Shown here: piece after piece, positions 35,620-45,074 of the stretch
Numbering within the stretch: position 1 is the stretch's first letter
Layout: each line of letters starts with the position of its first letter
Assembly (NCBI GenBank): GCA_000934665.2
Contig: JYFJ02003221.1
Span: 1-45,074, forward strand
DNA: 45,074 nt
Direction of reading: 5' to 3'
From: Catajapyx aquilonaris
Taxonomy: Eukaryota
Position numbers and translations under genes: made by a program
The notes under the pieces: generated by a model
Database searches by the model: none
What the model saw: the letters and a program-made list of their open reading frames with translations, nothing else
What the model was told of the DNA's origin: nothing

Positions 35620-36113
35620 TTTATTTTGTTTTTTGTTTTACCCCATTGGAGGGAACGAAGCCCTTTTAGGAGGGTGGATTACCACCATCTATGCCAATTT
35701 TAACTTTTTTTTTCTTCAGATTCCGTGCATGGACATTAAGGAAGTATAGTAAGGATGGGGGAATTGGGAGAGGTCACAGGTGCAAGTGCAATGTCTGAAT
35801 AGGGTCATGTGCAGTCCCCCAAGAGGCCGGATGCCAAGACGCCTCCTTAGACCCACTGACGCAGGCGAAAGGTCAAGGGGGTAATCACTCGACTGAAAAG
35901 TGTACACTGGAGTACCAAATTCAAGGAGTAACCAAGGGGTAATAAAGAGTGAGGTACCTGAGGAGTACCAGGGAGTACCACTCGCAGGTGTACACCGGAG
36001 CACCGAAGTGATTACCCCCTTGCGAAAGGTTACTCCCGGATGGGGATTGGAACCCGGGACCTTTCGCACAGCAAGCCGAGACGTTACCATCTCGGCCACA
36101 GCACCTTCCCCTT
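35620..36113 (-). mobile_element. tRNA-derived SINE, type E (type C-like head, different body with GGTACTC repeats)
   Basis: Head GTGGCCGAGATGGTAACGTCTCGGCTTGCTG; shared TGCAC core; structured tail; 14-bp TSD AAACAGGGTCATTT (35606-35619 / 36114-36127). Confidence 0.85.
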
Positions 36114-39030
36114 AAACAGGGTCATTTAACTCATGTCAATAACGCTAGCAAGACGAGTTAACGACTCAACTCCATTGCCTACAAACATTTCATACACCTT
36201 GCGTAACACATGTTTTATGCAGATCAATAATTTATTATACGAACTCTAACATGCATGTAGTATTTGCGAAAATTTTTACATGCCTATATTCCAAATATTG
36301 TGGTCCCTGCACGGTTTTCTCCTGAAAAGTTTGCTTCACTGGAATTGGGTCACTTCTTTCCTGCCTACGCAATAATTGTCCCAAATGTTTAGAAATATTT
36401 TAGCTACCGGTAACATTATTTTACTGGCTTGAACAGACACGGGTCAACATACAATAGGCCTTTGTAAGTAATAATTATGTGACGTTTTAAATAAATTACA
36501 TGGTGAGCCTATGTAATCAAATATATCTAGATCTATACTATAAAAATGAATACTAAGATGTTATTAATGCATGCATTCGGCTACGGTTTATGTCAAAATT
36601 GAGAATATGTTGACCACTCATATAGAACAAGCATAACCATTACCTACCGTAAGTTTTCGCAAAGAGGGGTATCGCGACTAGTATCCACAAATTGGTATGA
36701 AAATAAAGTCGTACTGCCTAACTCATGCATATAGGGAACCCACCATGGTTATGAGAAATAGAAGTAGGGCTTTTTCGGAGCTGTAGCACAGCGTCAGGAG
36801 CAAAAAACGAAACAAAATCAGAAGGTAAATCTGGCAGGAATATATCCCTGTTTGTTTTTATTAATACATGTTAATGAGGGCAGGGGCAAGCCTCAACACA
36901 TGCCGAAAGTTTTCACCGGAGGATTGGATAAATTTGCACTCAAACGCGCCATACAGACCGGCAAATATTTTAATTAGTAAAGCGTGGATTGGGAGCATTA
37001 GGCCTTTTTTTCCTCTAACTGGTGTGTGGGTGTGCGTGTGTGTGGCGGGGGATACAGGATGGGAGGGTCGAGCTCTTCAATAACGGACAATTCGTAATGT
37101 GAGGGGAGAGAGCGCGCAAAGTTGAACATATGACGCATAAATTTTATTTATTGTATTGTCTGGTAGGCTTTCCGATGATTGAGCATGCTGGCCATTATGC
37201 AAAACTCCTATTGTGCTTTTGGCACGCCTCTAGAGTTAGGGGTCCACAAGTGTCACGTTATTGTCCCCGGTCCATTCCAGTGCAGTATGTGAAACGCACG
37301 AAGGCCTCCACACGATATATTACCACGTGTGTAAACCTTGATTCCCATTGTTTAGGCCGGTACAGCGCTGATGTTACTCGGAAGCGACCTAACTGGCCCA
37401 GGATAAAACAATCATGTTGACGCTGACTTGCTAACTGAAAGGTCCCGGCCCCAGGATCTCATCCTAATGAAGACTAAGCCTGACATAGGCTAAATGGATG
37501 CACTTTGCGTCCCCTAAATTGGGACCAAATCTGATCCAAATTGTGACCGGGACTCTTGGCCAGGACATTAGGCGCATAATGCATAAACTGCTGGTGTGCA
37601 AGTAAGGGCATAAATTTCAACCACAGGGTTTGCTCTAAAAATGGAACAACTGCCCTGGAAGTGGTGTCGAGAAACGAGGAGCCAATGGCAAAATTCAGTC
37701 CGACAGTCCAGAATATTAAAGGTATAATAGCGGTATATTGTATAAAGCGTTTTCTAACTCAAATGCCTGCAATAGTGATCAATTTCTAAGATCTAAGCTG
37801 CTTATTATTAAACAGTTACCGTACTTGTAGCCCTTATCGAAATTATTGAATAGAAGCAGTCATTCTGGCATTGAATTTCCCAAATTTCCGAGATGAAGGC
37901 ATTGCCAGTGACTTTTTCCAGTTTTTCCTGACCTATTGGAACTTGATGCCAGTGGTTGAATCCATTATATTAGGCAGTTAAAGAGGATGCGTCCATTCGA
38001 CCTATTATTGCTTAATTTTGTAAAATAATTATTGCCTTTAAAATTTATGTTTAAAAGTAACTACCGGTACTTTAAAATGCAGTTTAGGGTTTAAAAAAAT
38101 AGTCTACTAAGCACGACTAACAATTCAGTTGGAAAACACTGGATAAAGTCCAACCACTGAATTTACGATAATAATTGCTTGCACAGACCCTGCATTACCA
38201 TTCCATAATCTATTTCCGCAATAATGCTCGATATAAAATATGCTAAACTAGAAAAGCAAAACCCTTCTTCATAAATGCTGCAAAAAATTGTGGCAAAAAG
38301 CTTTTTAATTATTATGCGGACAACTATAGAATGTATAACTTCACTCTACTTAATCCATCCAATAGTGCTTTATGAACAAAACGCCACCGATAATTTCACT
38401 CTGGTAAAGACATTTTGGAGAACGTGAAAAAAGGAAAACCCAGACACGTGCCAAATACTGTTACTTATAAATGACGATTTACGCCACTGAACATGATTTA
38501 TCTCAATAATTGACATCATGAGGCATTGTTGCGAAATCGCGGGGTGAGAATTACAAGGTCGTGACTGCAATGAAAATTCTACATGCAGTTACACACTTGT
38601 AATTCCCACTCCGCGAAATGTGAAATACAACATAAGTGATGTGTGTCATGAAAAGGTAGTCTATAAGATTACTGTGGTCTGTTTTAAAGACGTGGACCTA
38701 CAACAAGAAAGTATTGTACAACTATATCGCATCATTGCCAAAATATAATTTATTGTCCGAAAATTTTACACAGCTACCATTGCTTACAGCACAGCGGTTC
38801 ACTTTTTAGGTCGGTGTGAAAGCCAATAGCACCAAATAGAGTAATTAAATTGCGGACAGTGCGGCGGAGCTAAAATAGTCCCACCAAAAAACCGCAGACC
38901 ATAAGGAGCGATAGATGTTTAAAACTGTCAGTTAGTAAACTCACGTCTGTTTCGCTGAAGCAGAGCTTTATTCTGGTTGGAGGATATAATATGACAAGGT
39001 TCCATTTCTTTTGCCCCAAAATACTGTATA

Positions 39031-39760
39031 GGGGAGACTGGGGCACAGTGGACCACGGGGCACAGTGGACCTTTCCATTTTAAAAATCGAAAAAGCCGCC
39101 AATTTTTTTTCATCTGGTACCTCGTGAAACAAGTTAGTCACTGCCATGCTCCTGCCAACATGGCTGGCAACGGCTAGCGATCGATCGATCGATAGATATC
39201 TAGCGAAATCGATTTGAAGATAAGTGAAGTAAATTACTAACCCACAGTTTAAATGCCACTTCAGGCGTAGATGTTGGGCATGAGCCTGATATAAAAATGT
39301 TGTGGAATAGTGCCGCCCTTTGTCCATGAATACCGGAAGTTTGGTAAGCCTAACTTGCAATCGAAGTTACAATCATAGCATTATGTCAGTTGCTGCCGTC
39401 CGGGGCACAGTGGTCCATGTACCACTGTGCCCCGAAATGCACACTGTGTCCGGAAATGAACAGTTGTAAAAAAAAATGTTAGACAATTATTTAAAAAATG
39501 TGAATTAGGTAGAAAAAAGGGCAAAACTGTGATTTTGACAAACCACCCTCCAAATGAACAACTGTAAAAAAAATGTGAGACAATGATTTAAAAAATGTGA
39601 ATTAGGTAGAAAAAGGGGCAAAACTGCTATGTTGACACAGTCCTCAAAATGAACAGGTGTAAAAAAATGTTAGGCAATGATAATAAACTTCTTGTGTGAA
39701 TTAGGGGTCCCAATCACTTCCGGACCACTGTGTCCCACCTATCGGGGTACAGTGGACCAT
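39031..39760. mobile_element. Truncated pogo/Fot1-like non-autonomous element with an internal ~97-bp tandem repeat
   Basis: TA|GGGGAGACTGGGGCACAGTGGACC terminus; repeated GGGGCACAGTGG(A/T)CC motifs in both orientations; repeat units start at about 39454, 39552 and 39647. Confidence 0.6.
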
Positions 39761-39969
39761 TTGCAGGGGGTCGCTTCTAATTTTTTTTTAAAGCCAAAAG
39801 GATGGCACTGCCTGTGAATATAGTAGTGACTTATAATACCAAGGAGTATCTCCACCATGCCTGAAAATATTGGGTGTGTAGGTATAACAGGTAGGTATTG
39901 AGGGAGATGAAGTGGCGTCTATCAAAATCCATCATATTACAGGCAAATGATTAAAGTCGGTTATTCAAA

Positions 39970-40012
39970 AGAGGATCCCCTAAGAGGCCCAAGGGGCCTA
40001 TCACGGGGTATC
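39970..40012 (+). mobile_element. Isolated LINE/SINE 3' tail
   Basis: CCCCTAAGAGGCCCAAGGGGCCTATCACGGGGTA has the same architecture as the type B and C SINE tails; no head is recognisable upstream. Confidence 0.6.
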
Positions 40013-42499
40013 CATTATTATAATAAAAACAACGGTAACATCAGTCAAAGCTTAGAGTATATGACGGAGAAAATTTGTCAAATGCCATGTACATTTAGAA
40101 ATAATATTTGTGCCAATTTTAGGACAACGTGTTGAGCAGAAAAGGTACGTGCTTCACTTGAGCAATACCAACCATGACAACTGAGTTGCAAATGGGTGAA
40201 ATTGTGTTAATCGTATAATAGGAATAGCTGAAAAGAGAACTATATTTTAGTGTAACACACTTGTCTAAGTGCCAGTGGAGGAATTAAGACCTAGTCCAAT
40301 GTATGTATTCCATAAGCATCTCGCTGCATCCTTGCGGAGCAATCTCGTAGAGCGAAGAAAGCGTGCGAGATAGAAAAATAAATGTCTGACCCAACTTGAC
40401 TCCTCTACCACTCCCATTTCCTCTATCCGAGGAAAATTGCGGCTGCCTCGCATCAGCTGTAATGTTGCTATTGTGGCAGAATTTTATCTGTAAGCAGCCC
40501 AGCCTCGTAGGCCTAAAAAGTGCTGGAGTAATAATCTAAACTCTGATAATAATGAAACTTGGGTCCCTGGTGTGAAATAATAAAGTCCTCCTCTTTATGT
40601 TCGTGCAGGAGCCGCAGTAAATGCTTTTCTCCAAGAGTGCAAAAGGGCCTCCAGTTTGCGCACTTCTCTCAACGTATAAAAACGGGGAAGGAAGTTATAA
40701 TAATATGCATAATAACATATCTTGATACAATATATTGGAAGCTAGAATGTTGTTGTGACTGATGGGTTAGTATCAAGATAGCTGTAGGAGTGTAGGGTAA
40801 GGAGTTGGGGAAAGGTTGTCCCAAGAAATTAATGGCTGTGAGCGCGAGGCAGCAGCTGATTATACTGTATAGGCTAATAATTACAGTGAGTAGGGAGCAA
40901 CGCATGATGGGAAACTGTAATCAGATGGATGCATGATACAATGCAGGGAGGTAGCAAGTAAGGGTATTCCGATGGGCAGATACAAATGTGTCACATTTTC
41001 AACTGGGTGCTTTTTTCAGCGAAGTTGATATTATTAAAACTGCAGCTTTATGATTCATTTAAATGCCCTCAAGCTTATCTCCTCTAAATAATTTGATCAT
41101 GTTAGTGGCCTGGAACTGGGGGCGCCATAGCAATTCAGCCAAGGGAATACGACAGGGGAACTCCGCCGCCTTTATCATGTCACGTCGAACTTGTCACTTC
41201 CCCCCAATTCTTTGGCAAAGTGGGGGGAATGTAATGTGGGAAGGGCGGGAGTCGAGGGGAAAATTCCGAATTTACATATGCCTCTTACCGCCAATGGTCA
41301 GCATGACGACAGATCATGTTGTCAATATTAAGTTATGTCGTAAGTAATATTGTTAGGAAAATATTAATATCTTTGAATATTTGTTCGACCTATCCCGCAA
41401 GGCGTACTAAATGTTCAGAACGAACTGATTAACTTAGCGCGAAGTAGGGAGACTCTGGTTTACCTGGCCCGACCTATACCCATAACATATGCGACGACCC
41501 CGTGACTGAATGAGCATTTACATAATTATCTCCGCGGTATACAGTAGGCCTACATACTGTACATAAATTCTATGCTGAAGCAATCTCTCTGACAATATTA
41601 TCGTGTATTAAATATTTATGGGTGTGGGCGGAACACCTTCGTTTTGGTTGCGACAACTCTTATCTTTACATTGGTTTAGTTCGTGTCCTAACGACGTTTC
41701 AAGTGCAGGCTGGCAGTAGCCAAGGCGAAACGCAAAGAGGGCCGGGCAAATGACGTCCCAAACAGCCTGAGAGAACATGCGACAATTAGTGTAACACAAG
41801 CGACCATTTTGTACGCACTCGCTTTCAACTGGCTGAAATTGTTCAGCGGCAATCCTACTCTCCGGGCCTTGGAAAACCAGGTTACACAGTGTACAGTTTC
41901 AAGTGGTACAGGGAACAAGTCGCATCTGTGCTGTACTTAGCAGCTAAATGATTGTTACCAGATTATTATCATCCAACAGCAAAGGCTGCTACTGCATCCT
42001 CTCCTTTTGACTCTGGTAATGCAACAAGTATTGAATGATCTAAAAGCCTCCAACTCATTTTCTAAATTGGCTCCAACTTTTGCCACTCTCGCCGCAAAAT
42101 GAAATTTGCAATACATCCATGGAAAAGAGACCAAGACATTATCCAGAAGGAAGTCTTCCCCCGTCGTAAAAATTATTAGGCTCGCAGTAAAACTTTTCTT
42201 GCCGGCACCTGCATGGGCCATTGATCCCACGGGACTAAGAAGGATTTGGGATGACTTTATGGATCCTGAGATGCGAGAGGGAGAGAAGAGGAGGGGAGGA
42301 TGTGGATTACATCATCATGGGGATGGTTCCGCGGGGGATGCCAATGCTTGGGGACACCCCCACACACTTACAGTGTATTATTGCTCTGGTTATACACCAT
42401 GAAGGGACCCTCTTATTACTAGCGTCACTAAAAATAACTAATATTAACCTCAGTGCTACTCATTATACTGATTGGGTAGGCCATCAGACAGGAGAACTG

Positions 42500-42660
42500 C
42501 TGCCGTCAGATGTAAGAAGACCGTAACTCAAAAACTAATGAAAGTCTCATGCATGCCCTGAACTAATTCCTCCTGACTCAGAATGGATTAGTGCAGGGCG
42601 TTCATGCGACTTTCACCCTTACTAGTTTTTGAGTTACGGTCTTCTTACATCTGACGGCAG
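42500..42660. repeat. 161-bp hairpin / MITE remnant
   Basis: CTGCCGTCAGATGTAAGAAGACCGTAACTCAAAAACTA is perfectly inverted at 42623-42660; the inner arms are imperfect. Confidence 0.8.
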
Positions 42661-43564
42661 ATACTGTCCTGCTCAGTTTTATCTGGTCAAAATTTCAGAG
42701 TTTTCCTGAATGTTTCCTGCATTCAAATGCCATCCTAAGCTCTGGTAGAGTGTATTGACTATCTAGTAAAGGTTATAATCTATGTATATTGACCAAATTG
42801 GCATTTTTGGTGGGGGGCCTTCCGCCAAAACTGTTTAACATTTCATGTGCAGGTGAATTACTTGGAAACTTGCTGCTTGAAGTAGTATAAATATTATATT
42901 GCTCATAGTTCAGGATTGCACATCCTCATTGATGACCCCTGAACTGGATATATCTTCGAGGGTCATTTTGGGCGTCAACTAGTTCCCCATGAAAAATGGA
43001 ACCAATCCGTTGATCCCTACGGCAACACTAATCTATGCAACGGCTAATAGATAGGCCGGATATAACCTAATTGTTAGGCGAGAGCATATCAAATTAATCG
43101 GGCTAAATGTGAAGCAACGTGATTGGCGCATTTTTGGATTCGACGAGAAGCAATGTAGGAAGTCGCGGTGGCATCGACCACGCACGTATCTCCGACATGC
43201 TGGAAGGGACCTGAACCGTAGGTCTTGTCCACGTCACACTAAACTTATTATTCTCCCCTCCGCTAAAGTTAGCTGACTCAGTCACATCCCAGATTCTCCT
43301 CCCTTTTTGCCATTATGGTCACACTTTGATATAGGAAAACACGGCGCGACAGTATTCTGAAACAACGAGGTGGGCTTCATGTTCCTAAGTAATATAATAT
43401 ATAGCAGTGGCCTAATGCCGTTTTATAGAAATTACACATTCTGATAAGACAGATGATAGAAGGACAAAAATTCCATTCGTATTTCTCAGTATTGGTCTCA
43501 GAAATGTGTTCAAGTAGCTATATTAAATGCAATCTCTACGTAAGTGTTACAAATTATTGCATTT

Positions 43565-43915
43565 GGGGGAGGTGTAGTTGGCCGAGATGGTAGCGTCTCG
43601 GCTTGCTGAGTGGAAGGCCCCAGGTTCGATCCCCGTCTGGGGTACTTTCCTTTCACCTGCGTCAGGAGGGTCTCTGACCTGCACCAAGGAGGTGTCTGGC
43701 AACCTAACCTCCTGGGGAACAGAACATGACCCGTTTACCGACATTGCACTTGCACCTATGTTCCATCCCCAAAAATCCCTATCCTTACCCCATGTCCTTT
43801 CATCCTTGCACCGCACCGGTGAGCGAATAAAAATAGTACACAGTTACTAGAAAACTGATGGTGGTGTTCCACGCCCCTAAAAAGGCTCCGCCTTATCACG
43901 GGGTAACTTAAAATT
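43565..43915 (+). mobile_element. tRNA-derived SINE, type C
   Basis: Homologous to 2827-3160; TSD TTATTGCATTT (43554-43564 / 43916-43926). Confidence 0.9.
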
Positions 43916-44585
43916 TTATTGCATTTGAAGAGCGCAGGGTCATGTAAAGGTTCATCTTACACCTTTCAAGTTTTGCCACTTACTGCACCGTAAATGAATG
44001 ACCGCTGTTGACCATGTTGATAATACCTGCGTATGTAAAGTGACCATTCAAAAGAGAACATCCCCAATACCTAATGTAACCAAAATGTGAGTCGGACAGT
44101 TCCGAATAGTTCACTTGTGTTATATGATAGTGAACACTACACCGCGAAATAAAACTCTTAGGTGGTGAAGTGGAGACAACATTGAAAGCTGTCACGCAGA
44201 CCAGTTTACTTCAAGAAGGGACAAGAGGGACTATTTACTTGAAAGCCTATTCGGCGACCAACTTCCCGTTTATTTAGGGCAGACTGTAACAAAGCAGTCC
44301 CACGTTGATGGGACAGGTTTCTACCAGCCTTATTTCAAGCACGAGAGCAACACTAAGCATCGAAAACGTTTCAAACCCCTGTGGCTGATAGTAAATTTTC
44401 CCGGTATTCTTCTCCGCGCCTTTACCGAGGGAGTGGTAAGGTGGCAAAGAAGTCAAACTTCCACACAGTCATGAGGTCATGGTTTGATATCTTTTGCTGC
44501 CTAAATGACGTACCGAATCTGTTGTTATTTTAAATTACGAGTATGAATGCCTGATAGTGTTGAAAATATGCTGTACCACGTACAG

Positions 44586-45074
44586 TAGGGCGGCTCGAAA
44601 AACACTTTTTTTCGAAAGTTGTAGTTCGCTAGTGAAAAAAAGTTGTGTTGGGCGATCCTTTTAGCAGGTAAAAAATCTTAGTCATGTGGGTTAATATCCT
44701 ACGGCTCCGCCAGGGGCGTAAGTGACGCAACTTCCGGTTTTTCGTTTTTTGGTGTGCGAGTACACTTACCCGGCCTAAACATGACATGTTGTGGCCCGTT
44801 GGGAGTGAAATGTCGTTATTTTTGCGATATCTTGCACCGTTGACGAGATATTGACCAAAACCCCAGGTTCAAAAATTACACCGTTCTGCAAAAAAAACTC
44901 TCTTTCGCTCTTTTGAAAACCTTTACGTGCTTTTTATGGATTTTGGGGTGCTGAATCCGAATCCGGCAACAGATTTTCTCTATCACGTACAGTTATTGAG
45001 ATATATAGTTTTAAAACTTTGGACGGTTTACTAGGGGTCTTTCCGAATCAAGTGGGCCTAAATGTTGCTAGACC
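44586..45074. mobile_element. Left part of a probable hAT-like non-autonomous DNA element running off the window
   Basis: TAGGGCGG... terminus and internal TTTTGGGGTGCTGAATCCGAATC motif typical of invertebrate MITEs; the other end is not visible. Confidence 0.4.

Noticed and set aside
41955..42402. Possible degenerate RT motif (HPLLLTLVMQQVLNDLK) or host exon
   Set aside because: No QG or YADD motif; the resemblance is too weak to call.
43980..44456. Two adjacent minus-strand ORFs
   Set aside because: Short, not recognisable, and lacking consistent splice signals.

Overview
Eukaryotic, repeat-rich animal DNA, most likely from an arthropod: it has spliceosomal introns, TTAGG-like motifs and SINE domains resembling tick Ruka and orthopteran/termite Lm1/Talua. 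It is not prokaryotic and has no CRISPR array. Only one protein-coding gene is well supported: a three-exon, strongly divergent CFAP20/BUG22 homologue (+ strand, 1736-6393, about 198 aa). The rest is a dense, often nested collection of mobile elements: about 12 tRNA-derived SINEs from at least 6 head/body types, 5'-truncated LINE ends (two with a CCHC knuckle), mariner transposase remnants, many MITEs (TA, TWA, TTAA, 8-bp and 3-bp TSD types), a 2.4-kb foldback element built from 150-180 bp tandem units, several long palindromes and two head-to-head tRNA-like pseudogenes. The best candidate for an undescribed system is a modular SINE/LINE set: different SINE heads share a central GACAWTGCAC-TGCACC domain and a 3' tail conserved in RNA structure but not sequence (GTGG-N4-CCAC hairpin, then CCCC-[variable hairpin]-ACGGGGTA), and the same tail ends the LINE fragments in this window. 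All alignments were done by eye and family names come from recall, so database checks are needed.
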